From: Fidelibacterota bacterium
Lineage (GTDB): Bacteria; Fidelibacterota; Fidelibacteria; Fidelibacterales; DSDE01
DNA length: 64,000 nt
Reading direction: 5' to 3'
NCBI GenBank assembly: GCA_046735395.1
Contig: JBJKQR010000084.1
Location: 10,188-74,187, forward strand
Both the position numbers and the translations under genes were made by a program. The notes below the pieces were generated by a model. The model made no database searches. It worked only from the letters and a program-made list of their open reading frames with translations, and had not been told where the DNA came from. The stretch's first letter is position 1, and each line of letters begins with the position of its first letter. Positions 31,637 through 41,302 of the stretch are shown piece by piece.

Positions 31637-33870
31637 GCGTCTGCTCCTTCCATTAGCGTTTCAATACGATGGTCATAAATGGACTTCAATTCATTGAGGT
31701 CACAGTCAATAATGTCATTGATTTTCAGTCTTGTTCCGGCTTTGACACGCCCGATGGTGGTACAGGGAATGGAAAATTCACTGCAGAGGCGTTCGATATC
31801 CAGCAGATGCAATTCATCCACAGATACGATGATGACGGATTGGGTCTCTCCGAAGATGAAGGCGTCATTCCGAAGCTTGCGCATGGAATAGATATCCACT
31901 CCGAGGACCCGGGGGCCGGAAATGGCCGACTCAGTGAGGGCAACGGCCAGGCCGCCGTCTGAAATATCGTGAGCGGATTTGATGAACCCTTTCTCTATAA
32001 CGGAGGTCAGAGCCCGATTCAGCCGGTTTGCAAAATCCAGATCAATCTGCGGCGCGTCGCCGGCGACCACACCATGAATATGGCGCAGATATTCGGAACC
32101 GCCCAGCTCACCCTTGAGCGTTCCCATGAGACAGATGAAATCACCTTCGTCCTTGAACCAGGGCGTCATGGCGCGGTTCACATCAGCCATGAGTCCCACC
32201 ATCCCGATCACCGGCGTGGGATAGACTTCCGATATGGGTGACTCATTATAAAAGGATACATTTCCACCTGTCACCGGTGTCTGCAGCGCGATACAGGCCT
32301 CGGCAATTCCCCGGGCCGCTTCCCTGAACTGATAATACACTTCCGGATCATAGGGATTGCCGAAATTCAGACAATTGGTGACTGCCACCGGTTCGGCGCC
32401 CGTGCAGGCCACATTCCGGGCCGCTTCCATCACGGCGATGGCTCCGCCCTTGTAGGGATTGAGATAGACGTAACGGCCATTGCCGTCTGTGGAGGAGGCG
32501 ACACCCTTCGTCGAACCCTTGAGGCGGATCAGGGCCGCATCCCCGCCCGGTGCGATGACGGTATTGGACCGGACTGTATGATCATACTGACGGAATATCC
32601 ATTTCTTCGAGGCGATATTGGGTGAAGCGATCATTTTTTTCAGGATTTCGCTGCCCTCGCTGAAGTCAGGAATGGATTCAATATCGAAGGCCATTGTTTT
32701 TTCCAGGTAATCAGGCTTTTTGCTGTCGCGGTAATATACCGGCGCGCCACCGCCGAGAACCAGGTCAAAGGCCGGCACTTCCGCCTTCAATTCACCATTT
32801 TCGTAAATACGGACCGGCGCGTTTTCACCCGTGACCGTTCCGGCGAGGCTGTAGTCCAGTTCCCATTTATCAAAAACTTTCCGCGCCTCGGCTTCAAATC
32901 CCTTGCGAACCACCACCATCATCCGTTCCTGAGATTCGGAAAGCATGATTTCGTAGGGCGTCATTCCCTTTTCCCGGAGATGAACCCGGTCCAGATGCAG
33001 ATCCATACCATGTTTGCCCCGGTCGGACATTTCCGTGGAACAGCAGGTGATACCGGCGGCTCCCATATCCTGGACTCCGATGAGCCAGGGTTTGCCCAGC
33101 AGTTCCAGGGATGCTTCCATCAGCGTTTTCTCGGTGAAGGGGTCCCCGACCTGAACATTGCTTTTCCGTTCCTCACTCTTTTCGCTGAGTTCCTCGGAGG
33201 CGAAGGTGGCGCCGTGAATTCCGTCCCTGCCGGTGGAGGAACCGATGATGAATACACTGTTCCCTTCCCCTTTGCTGGTGGCGGAAATAAATTTCCGGTT
33301 TTTCAGAACACCGATGGTCATGGCGTTAACCAGCGGATTTCCCGTATAGGCATCTTCAAAATATATTTCGCCGCCGACCGTGGGAACGCCCATACAGTTG
33401 CCGTAATCTCCGATCCCTTTCACAACTTCCCGGAGCAGATACCGGTTCCTTGCTGAATCCAGCGGGCCGAAGCGCAGGGAATTGAGACTGGCGACAGGCC
33501 GGGCTCCCATGGAAAAGACATCTCGCAGGATACCGCCTACACCCGTCGCAGCACCCTGATAGGGTTCCACCGCAGAGGGGTGGTTGTGACTCTCGATCTT
33601 AAAGGCGATATAAAAGCCGTCGCCGGCATCGATCAGTCCGGCATTTTCCTCACCGGCGCCCACAAGCAGGCGGCCGCCGCTGCGGGGAAGAGTCTTCACC
33701 ACGGCGATGGAATTTTTATAGGAACAGTGTTCGCTCCACATGACTGAAAAAATGCCCAGTTCCGTCCAGTTGGGAACCCGACCGAGTATTTCCAGAATAC
33801 GTCCGTACTCCTCCTCCGACAGTCCGTGTTCCTTCGCCAGATCCAATGTCACTTCAGGTTCCTGTTGCAT
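31633..33870 (-). CDS. purL: Phosphoribosylformylglycinamidine synthase subunit PurL
   Basis: [48 protein letters not shown]. Confidence 0.97.
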   Translation of the reverse strand: MQQEPEVTLDLAKEHGLSEEEYGRILEILGRVPNWTELGIFSVMWSEHCSYKNSIAVVKTLPRSGGRLLVGAGEENAGLIDAGDGFYIAFKIESHNHPSAVEPYQGAATGVGGILRDVFSMGARPVASLNSLRFGPLDSARNRYLLREVVKGIGDYGNCMGVPTVGGEIYFEDAYTGNPLVNAMTIGVLKNRKFISATSKGEGNSVFIIGSSTGRDGIHGATFASEELSEKSEERKSNVQVGDPFTEKTLMEASLELLGKPWLIGVQDMGAAGITCCSTEMSDRGKHGMDLHLDRVHLREKGMTPYEIMLSESQERMMVVVRKGFEAEARKVFDKWELDYSLAGTVTGENAPVRIYENGELKAEVPAFDLVLGGGAPVYYRDSKKPDYLEKTMAFDIESIPDFSEGSEILKKMIASPNIASKKWIFRQYDHTVRSNTVIAPGGDAALIRLKGSTKGVASSTDGNGRYVYLNPYKGGAIAVMEAARNVACTGAEPVAVTNCLNFGNPYDPEVYYQFREAARGIAEACIALQTPVTGGNVSFYNESPISEVYPTPVIGMVGLMADVNRAMTPWFKDEGDFICLMGTLKGELGGSEYLRHIHGVVAGDAPQIDLDFANRLNRALTSVIEKGFIKSAHDISDGGLAVALTESAISGPRVLGVDIYSMRKLRNDAFIFGETQSVIIVSVDELHLLDIERLCSEFSIPCTTIGRVKAGTRLKINDIIDCDLNELKSIYDHRIETLMEGADA

Positions 33871-33888
33871 GAGCTCCCTGTTCTTGGT

Positions 33889-35736
33889 TTAGGGTTGGAC
33901 GGAGACGTCAATTTTCTTGGCCGCCTCCAGAATACTCCGAGCCAAAGTTAGTGAAAATTTGCATTTAAACGCAATTTCCTTTTCATCCGAATTCTGAATT
34001 TCAGCAATATCCGGAAATTGGGAAAAAAGGGTATTTCGTCGTTTGGGCCCGAGTCCGCTGATATCGTCAAATACGCTGCGGGTCATGGATTTGTCACGCC
34101 GTTCCCGGTGAAAGGTGATGGCAAAGCGGTGGGCTTCATCCCGGATCCGGCGCAGCAGCGTAAGCGCCGGCGACGTCTTGGGAATATTCTGGGGATAGCT
34201 ATAGCCGGGGATAAATACCTCTTCCAGTTTCTTGGCCAGGCCCAGAACAGGCAGGTTCCCCAGATTGAGACGCTGCAGCACATCCTTCGCCACACCAAGC
34301 TGTCCCTTGCCGCCATCGATCAGAATCAGGTCCGGCAGCACGCCTTTTTCCTCTATTAGCCGAGTATAGCGCCGTTCCACCACTTCCTTCATGGAAGCAA
34401 AATCGTCAGTCCCCACCACGGTCTTCACGATAAAGCGCCGGTAAGCGCTTTTTTTCGGACGCCCGTTCTCAAAGGAAACCATGGATGCCACCGTGTTCGT
34501 ACCCTGTATGGTGGAAATATCAAAGCCCTCGATGGTCATAGGCGGCACCGGCAGATTCAGCGCTTCCTGCAGCGCCTCCACCATTTTTCCCGGCTTTTCC
34601 CGGTTTTTCATTTTCTGAAGCAGGTGATCCTTCAGCAGCATATCGGCATTTTTCCGGGCCAGTGTCAGCAGTTTGGCCTTATCTCCCCGTTCCGGCTGAA
34701 TAATTTTGACGGCATGTCCGGCGAGAGAGCGCAGAAATTCCTCATAGAGCGGAATTTCGTCATCCAGCTCTGTAAACAGTTCCCGGGGAATGAAGGTAGT
34801 CGTCGGATAATAACTTCGGATGAATTCCCTCAGAATATCAGAACGGCTGTTTTCCTCACGGATTTTCAGAAAAAAGTGTTCCCGCCCGATGAGGTTTCCC
34901 TCCCGGATCCGCAGGACCACCACGACTGCGTCCTTATCCGCGGCAGCCAATGTGAGAATATCCCGGTTGATGAAATCCGTGGATACGATATTCTGTGCTG
35001 TGGTATAGGCCTCCAGAACGGCTGTCTGATCCCGGAATTTTGCGGCCTTTTCGTATTCGAGCCCCTTTGCGGCCTCCGTCATTTTTTCTTTGAGTTCATT
35101 CAGCAGATCCCGGGTATGCCCGTTGAGGAAACGGACAATTTCGCGGATCATTTCCTGATAGGAGTCAACGGAGACCAGGCCCTGACAGGGGCCTTCGCAA
35201 TTCTGCATGTGGTATTCCAGACAGAGCTGGACACGACGGGACCGGACGGTTTCACTGTCAAGCCCGGAGCGGCAGGAACGGAGCGGAAAAAGCTTATGGA
35301 TGATGGCCATGGTCCGGCGCAGATTTCTCACATTCGTATAGGGGCCGAAATAACGGCTGCCGTCCTTCTCCACATTCCGGGTGATGAAGACCCGGGGAAA
35401 ATCCTCAGCCGTGACCCGGATGAAGGGAAAGGTCTTGTCATCCTTCAGATTAATATTGTAATGCGGCCGGTAATCCTTGATCAGGTTATTTTCCAGCAGC
35501 AGCGCCTCAACTTCGCTTTCCGTAATAATCCATTCCAGATCCCGGATTTTGGAAACCATGACCAGAGTTTTGATATCCTTGTCCCGGCTCTGGAAATAGG
35601 AACGAACCCGGTTTTTCAGGATTTTTGCCTTGCCCACATAAATGACGGTGGCGTCCTTGTCGCGAAAGATGTAAACACCGGGGCGGCCAGGGAGCTGACT
35701 CAGCTTTACAGCGATGTTTCCGGGGATCTTTTCCAT
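33889..35736 (-). CDS. uvrC: Excinuclease ABC subunit C
   Basis: GIY-YIG domain (PGVY..YVGKAK.L..RV.SYF), UVR domain, FDIS, IDGGKGQ, RDEAHRFA, HhH. Confidence 0.97.
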   Translation of the reverse strand: MEKIPGNIAVKLSQLPGRPGVYIFRDKDATVIYVGKAKILKNRVRSYFQSRDKDIKTLVMVSKIRDLEWIITESEVEALLLENNLIKDYRPHYNINLKDDKTFPFIRVTAEDFPRVFITRNVEKDGSRYFGPYTNVRNLRRTMAIIHKLFPLRSCRSGLDSETVRSRRVQLCLEYHMQNCEGPCQGLVSVDSYQEMIREIVRFLNGHTRDLLNELKEKMTEAAKGLEYEKAAKFRDQTAVLEAYTTAQNIVSTDFINRDILTLAAADKDAVVVVLRIREGNLIGREHFFLKIREENSRSDILREFIRSYYPTTTFIPRELFTELDDEIPLYEEFLRSLAGHAVKIIQPERGDKAKLLTLARKNADMLLKDHLLQKMKNREKPGKMVEALQEALNLPVPPMTIEGFDISTIQGTNTVASMVSFENGRPKKSAYRRFIVKTVVGTDDFASMKEVVERRYTRLIEEKGVLPDLILIDGGKGQLGVAKDVLQRLNLGNLPVLGLAKKLEEVFIPGYSYPQNIPKTSPALTLLRRIRDEAHRFAITFHRERRDKSMTRSVFDDISGLGPKRRNTLFSQFPDIAEIQNSDEKEIAFKCKFSLTLARSILEAAKKIDVSVQP

Positions 35737-35967
35737 GAGGATAATGTAATATTTTCAGGCCGGAATTCTGTGAATTAATTTGAGGATGTGCTGTAGCGGA
35801 CAGATCACAGGCCATGACACATGTGTAAATGATTAAATAAAGGAAAATCTGATGCTTACCGGCCCTTAAACCGCTTCATGAATAAAGAAATGAAAATCGT
35901 TTTAATAAATAAATTCAAATTATTTTTCAGCTTCCGAACCTGCTCCGGATAGGCTTGCGAAAAAAAT

Positions 35968-36030
35968 TAGTTCACTCAGTGAATATTCTTTGTCTTTTCC
36001 ATTGATAATAGACATGAATTATTATAAAAT
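35968..36030 (+). promoter_or_regulatory. Promoter and palindromic operator upstream of the PorV/TonB operon
   Basis: TTCACT-C-AGTGAA inverted repeat (35971-35983) followed by TTGATA(36002)-N17-TAAAAT(36025). Confidence 0.5.
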
Positions 36031-36119
36031 TCGGGCAAACGTAAGTAAACGGAGCGTTGCTTTTATTTTAGACGATGAAATGGTCATTAGCAAAACACGC
36101 TTAATTAAGGAGAGATAAT

Positions 36120-37274
36120 ATGTCTGCAGTGTTCAAGATGGCAGTGTTATTGGCCGCAATGACACTAGTTTTCACCCAGTGCAGTGAATACGATGAGGAA
36201 TTTTACACCATCGATTCCTACAATCAGGGTTTGGGAAGTCTGTTGCAGAATGCTGGAAAATCAGCACTGTCCAGCGATCTGAAAATGGTTGATCCGGAAC
36301 AGGCCCTTGGTTGGTCAGCCGGAACGACCGATTCACTTATCAATGCAGGAGCCGTCGCAAGAGTCGCAGATTCATTGGCTGCGGCCGGAGCTGACACGCT
36401 GGTTCCCGGATTGGATCTGGTTACGCTGCTCACGAGTGGAGCATCGTATCAGGGTTATATACTTGTGAATCTGACAACGGCACCGGTTGTGGGAAACAAT
36501 CGTTGGATTTTCATGTCTGACGCATTTCTGAAAGCCACGATCTGGGCAATGAACGGTTCGGAAGTTACTCAGAAATCAGACATGATCCCGGCAGAGGTGA
36601 TCGTAAAATACCGGGATGTGGTACATTGCCGCTATGAATATGATCTGACACCCGGCATCTATATGCTGAAGGTCCTGAAATCGGAAATTGACAAGACAAC
36701 GACCCGGGTCAATATGGCGGTCTTTCAGGATGGATACGAGGCATCGGAAGACCTCCTGCAGATCGCTGAAGACCTGGGAAACTCGACAAGTTCCGCGTCC
36801 CTGGTTTCAAAGGTGGAAATTGATTCACTGAACAGTTCACCATTGAACGTTCTTCCCGACAGCAGCTTTATATATGGCTCAGTCAATGATTCCACTCTTT
36901 TTTACGACCTGATGATGGAGACTATTGCGTCGGCCGATCTCCTGGGCAAGACCACGGAACTCAGTTATAATCCGACAATTGAAAATCTGGCTGTGGCCTA
37001 TATTCTCACGGACCTGAATGCAGGAGACTACATCTTCTGGTCGGACCAGCCGGTAAAATTCCGGGTCTTCAAGCTCAGCTCCATGAAGGAGGTCACCGTG
37101 GAAACGGGTATCAGCCTCACTGAATCCCTGGCGTATCCGATCCGGCAGAAAGCCAGTATGAGCGTGGCAGAAAACGGAAGCTATCTGATTGCCGCTGATA
37201 AGGGATACAATCTGACCGGAACCTATAAGCCACTGTCCTTTATGAGCTTTGACGTCATTCTGGCAGAGCAATAA
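36120..37274 (+). CDS. Hypothetical lipoprotein with an apparent internal domain duplication
   Basis: Signal ending VFTQC; AAGGAG RBS; first gene of the operon. Confidence 0.75.
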   Translation: MSAVFKMAVLLAAMTLVFTQCSEYDEEFYTIDSYNQGLGSLLQNAGKSALSSDLKMVDPEQALGWSAGTTDSLINAGAVARVADSLAAAGADTLVPGLDLVTLLTSGASYQGYILVNLTTAPVVGNNRWIFMSDAFLKATIWAMNGSEVTQKSDMIPAEVIVKYRDVVHCRYEYDLTPGIYMLKVLKSEIDKTTTRVNMAVFQDGYEASEDLLQIAEDLGNSTSSASLVSKVEIDSLNSSPLNVLPDSSFIYGSVNDSTLFYDLMMETIASADLLGKTTELSYNPTIENLAVAYILTDLNAGDYIFWSDQPVKFRVFKLSSMKEVTVETGISLTESLAYPIRQKASMSVAENGSYLIAADKGYNLTGTYKPLSFMSFDVILAEQ

Positions 37275-37296
37275 GTCGAAACATCATGGAGATGAA

Positions 37297-38301
37297 ATGA
37301 AAACACAATATTTCAGCATACTCATCCTGGCCATCTTTCTCGCAGGAGGAACGATGCATGCACAGGATAAAAAACTCGGGCAGACGGGTTTCCAGTTTTT
37401 ATCTGTCGTTTCAGATGCTCAGGGATCCGCATTAGGCGGTGCCATGACATCACGTGAAGCCGGAAGCGGAGCCATTTTCTTCAATCCGGCCTGTATGGCG
37501 CACATGAAAGATGGATTTGAACTGTCCATGTCACAGAATAATTTCATTGCCGATATCAAGCATAACCAGCTGTCGGCTGTCATCAATCCCGGCCACAACC
37601 GCTATGGCGTCTTCGGAGTCATGATGCAGGCCGTAGATTATGGCGAAATCGAGAACACGGTCCGGGCGGATAATGATAACGGTTACTTCAATACCAGTAT
37701 CGCGAAACCAACATCGCTCATGCTCGGCGGAAGCTATGCGAAAGCGCTTTCGGACAAGTTTTCTGTGGGAATGAATGTCAAATACAGCATGCAGAATCTG
37801 GGCAAGGCCATCACGACCAGCGAGTCAACAGCCGAGAGCAAGGTTGTGAAATCCTTCACGGCCGCTACAACTGCACTGGATTTCGGAACCCTGTTCCGCA
37901 CCGGATTCCGAAGCGTGGCTTTTGGTGTAAGCCTCCAGAATCTGTCACAGGAAGTCAAATACGTATCGGAGGATTTTGAACTGCCCATGACCTTCAATAT
38001 GGGTATCAGCGCGAATCTGTTCGATTTTACAGGCGGATTTGCAGGTCAGACCTGCGTGATCTCACTGGATGCGGTTCATCCCCGCTCCTATCCCGAATTC
38101 ATCCGCATCGGGGCTGACTACCGCTACGGTTCCTTCATCAGCCTGCGCGGAGGCTTCATTAGCAATCACGACAATTACAGCGGTACGTTTGGAATGGGAG
38201 TCCGGATCAAAGCGGCAGCCATCGATTATGCCTATACTCCGCAGGGAGTGTTCGACCAGTTCAACAAGGTACAGCAGTTTACCGTCCGCTTTGCATTCTG
38301 A
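37297..38301 (+). CDS. PorV/PorQ family outer-membrane barrel
   Basis: GQTGFQFL.V..DA..SALGGA, AIFFNPA, DFGTLF.TGF..V.FGVSLQN, FELP..F.MG, DYAY, terminal Phe. Confidence 0.85.
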   Translation: MKTQYFSILILAIFLAGGTMHAQDKKLGQTGFQFLSVVSDAQGSALGGAMTSREAGSGAIFFNPACMAHMKDGFELSMSQNNFIADIKHNQLSAVINPGHNRYGVFGVMMQAVDYGEIENTVRADNDNGYFNTSIAKPTSLMLGGSYAKALSDKFSVGMNVKYSMQNLGKAITTSESTAESKVVKSFTAATTALDFGTLFRTGFRSVAFGVSLQNLSQEVKYVSEDFELPMTFNMGISANLFDFTGGFAGQTCVISLDAVHPRSYPEFIRIGADYRYGSFISLRGGFISNHDNYSGTFGMGVRIKAAAIDYAYTPQGVFDQFNKVQQFTVRFAF

Positions 38302-38316
38302 GGAAAGGAGACACTA

Positions 38317-41280
38317 ATGAAAACAAAATATATGACAAGGGCAAAGGGAATGAAAAAACTCCTACTGGTTTTTCTCGTCCTTTTCCAGGCACTGCCCATC
38401 AGCGCAGCCATCACAGGTAAGGTGGCGGGACGCGTCGTCGACGAAGCAAACGGGCAGGCTCTGGTCGGAGCAAATATTATTATTGAGGGAACAGCTCTGG
38501 GTGCGTTTACCGACAATGACGGATATTATTCAATTCTTAATATTCCTCCGGGAACCTATAACGTCATCGCGACCATGATGGGCTATGCAAAAATGACACT
38601 GCAGGACGCTCAGGTAAAAATGGATCTGACCACGACTCTGGATTTTTCGCTGAAAACAGCGGCTTTTGAAATGGATGCTGTCGTGGCAGAGGCAAAGAGG
38701 CCTGTTGTACAGCTGGATATGTCATCGTCACAGATGAACATTTCCTCCGAGGAAATTGATGCTCTGCCGGTTACATCCGTAACAGAAGTCATCGGCCTGC
38801 AGGCCGGTGCGGAAGGGCTGACCATCCGCGGGTCCTCGTCGACCGAACTTCTCTACAATATTGACGGACTTGCGCTGAATGATGAGCGGTCTAACGTACC
38901 CTACACCTCTCTCCCACTGTCCTCAGTGGATCAGGTCAAGGTGCAGACCGGCGGTTTTGCCGCTGAATATGACAATGCCCGGTCCGGTGTCGTGCAGATT
39001 ACCACCAAGGAAGGCTCCAAGACGAAATATGAAGGCAGTTTCACCATGAATTACGACCCGCCACAGCCCAAACATTTCGGAAATTCCATCTATGATCCAA
39101 TGGGATTTCACCTGCGCCCCTACAATGACCCGGATGTCATGTGGACCGGAACGCAGAACTGGCCCGATGATATGCAGAAATCCTACCCCGGATTCATGGG
39201 TTTCAATGCCCTGAGTCAGCAGCTCATCATGGACAAGAATCCCAATAATGACCTGTCTCCGGCCGCGCTTCGCGAACTTTTTCTCTATCAGTACCGGCAG
39301 CAGCAGGTTGAAAATATGCCTGATTACGTGGCCGACCTCGGTTTCGGCGGACCTGTTCCCGTTATCGGCAAATATCTGGGGGATCTCAGATTCTTCGCCA
39401 GTTACCGGGACGAACAGAGCGTGTATGTCATTCCTCTGTCCCGGGACACCTACCGTGACAATAACCTCAATGTAAAACTGACCGCAGACCTGAGTCAGAA
39501 GACAAAGCTGAACATTATACTCATGCGCGGTGTAAGAAATGCTGTCACCACAACCAACTGGAGCACACCCTCCACCGGTTCCTATTTCGCCAGCACCTCT
39601 TCGGTGGCAAATCTCGCTTCCGATCCGGCCACGGCATTCATCCCCTCCACCTACAACCCCCAGACCATAACCCGTATGAATCTCGGCTTCACTATCAAGC
39701 ATCAGTTCAACAGTAATTCCTTTGCCGAGCTGTACTTCAACAGCCTCAGCAATAAATACCACGCCTTCCGGGATACACCCCGCGATACGACGACCTTCGA
39801 CCTCTTTCCCCAGTATTCCGATTTCAGCTACTATGTCAACGAATTCCCCTTCGGGTACTACGCAGACGGCCCCAATACAGTTACCGGTATGAGAACGGAC
39901 TGGATGGGCTTTGCAATGGATGAGAGCAAGGTCACGACAAATACTCTGAAATTCGATTACACGAATCAGATCAACCGCTTTCATCTGCTGAAAACCGGGT
40001 TGGCATTGGTACAGACCGACAATATGGTGGACAGCTGGCTGGAAAATGCCAAATCCACCTGGCGCTTCTATAATAACTGGCATCAGAAACCCATCCGTTT
40101 CGGAACCTACATTCAGGATAAGATGGAATATGAGGAACTGGTTGTGAATGCCGGTATCCGCTTTGACATGTACAATGCCATGGCTGACTGGTATGATCTG
40201 GACACCTACGACGCTCTCCTGAATGCCAACAACGGCTTCAATCTGGAGACAAAGGCCCCCACGAAAAAAACCAAATCCGTATACTCCGTGAATCCACGCC
40301 TCGGTATAGCGCACCCCATTTCCGCCCAGTCCAAGATCTACTTCAACTACGGCCATTTTTCCATGGTTCCGCAGTCACAGTACCTCTTTCTCGTGGACAG
40401 GCTCGGCGTGGGCAGTGTCCGTTCACTTGGAAATCCTGAACTGGAATTCACCAAGACCATCCAATACGAAATCGGCTATGAACACAGTCTTTTCCAGAAG
40501 TACCTGCTGAAAATCGCCGGTTATTACAAGGATGTGAAGAACCAGCCGAACTGGACACTCTATACGAATTATGACGAGACGGTCAGCTACTATACGGGCA
40601 CCAGCAATGCCTTCGTGGATATCCGCGGACTGGAACTGACAGCCGAAAAAAAATACGGTGATTTCGTAAGGGGCTTCATCAATTACACCTATTCCATACA
40701 GAGCTCCGGTATCTTCGGCATCGCCCGCTATTTTGAAAATCCCCAGGAACAGGCTAATTACATCCGCCGGAATCCGGTCATTTCCAAACCGGTTCCCCGT
40801 CCCTTCATCAATGCCAGTCTGTCTCTAATGACACCCCACAACTTCCGGGCCCTTGGACTTCCCAAAATGCTGACTCAGGACTGGCGACTGAACTTCCTGT
40901 ATTACTGGAAGAAGGGGTCTAAATTCACCAATACGGACTATTCAAACATTATCAATGCCTTCGAATGGGTTGATTACTACAATGTGGATATGAAAGTCTC
41001 CAAAACCCTGAACATGGGTTCCAGGCACCTGAGACTTTTCCTGAATGTCAGCAACCTCCTTGACCTGAAATGGCTCAGTACCACCGGATTCGCCGGAACC
41101 AACGACAGCCGCTACTACTACGGATCCCTGAAAATGTGGTTTGAGGAAGGAAGCGAACACGGCAATGATCTTGTAGGAACGACAGACAAGGACAAGAGCT
41201 ACATCAATATGCCGAACATGACCTCCCTGACTTATCTGAATCCGAGACGGGTAACCTTCGGAATAACCGTTAATTTCTAA
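38317..41280 (+). CDS. TonB-dependent receptor with an N-terminal carboxypeptidase-regulatory-like domain
   Basis: TGKVAGRVVD..G..L.GANI, plug IRG....YNIDG and V.TGGF.AEY.NARSGVV.I.TK, PRLGIAHPI, GNP.L, C-terminal PRRVTFGITVNF. Confidence 0.92.
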   Translation: MKTKYMTRAKGMKKLLLVFLVLFQALPISAAITGKVAGRVVDEANGQALVGANIIIEGTALGAFTDNDGYYSILNIPPGTYNVIATMMGYAKMTLQDAQVKMDLTTTLDFSLKTAAFEMDAVVAEAKRPVVQLDMSSSQMNISSEEIDALPVTSVTEVIGLQAGAEGLTIRGSSSTELLYNIDGLALNDERSNVPYTSLPLSSVDQVKVQTGGFAAEYDNARSGVVQITTKEGSKTKYEGSFTMNYDPPQPKHFGNSIYDPMGFHLRPYNDPDVMWTGTQNWPDDMQKSYPGFMGFNALSQQLIMDKNPNNDLSPAALRELFLYQYRQQQVENMPDYVADLGFGGPVPVIGKYLGDLRFFASYRDEQSVYVIPLSRDTYRDNNLNVKLTADLSQKTKLNIILMRGVRNAVTTTNWSTPSTGSYFASTSSVANLASDPATAFIPSTYNPQTITRMNLGFTIKHQFNSNSFAELYFNSLSNKYHAFRDTPRDTTTFDLFPQYSDFSYYVNEFPFGYYADGPNTVTGMRTDWMGFAMDESKVTTNTLKFDYTNQINRFHLLKTGLALVQTDNMVDSWLENAKSTWRFYNNWHQKPIRFGTYIQDKMEYEELVVNAGIRFDMYNAMADWYDLDTYDALLNANNGFNLETKAPTKKTKSVYSVNPRLGIAHPISAQSKIYFNYGHFSMVPQSQYLFLVDRLGVGSVRSLGNPELEFTKTIQYEIGYEHSLFQKYLLKIAGYYKDVKNQPNWTLYTNYDETVSYYTGTSNAFVDIRGLELTAEKKYGDFVRGFINYTYSIQSSGIFGIARYFENPQEQANYIRRNPVISKPVPRPFINASLSLMTPHNFRALGLPKMLTQDWRLNFLYYWKKGSKFTNTDYSNIINAFEWVDYYNVDMKVSKTLNMGSRHLRLFLNVSNLLDLKWLSTTGFAGTNDSRYYYGSLKMWFEEGSEHGNDLVGTTDKDKSYINMPNMTSLTYLNPRRVTFGITVNF

Positions 41281-41302
41281 TGACATGTAAGGATAAGCAA
41301 TC

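Noticed and set aside
38923..40356. 477-aa ORF antisense to the TonB receptor, and similar shadows at 34624-35778, 29645-30718, 46658-47848 and 48976-49887
   Set aside because: They lie on the opposite strand of well-supported genes and show no family signatures.
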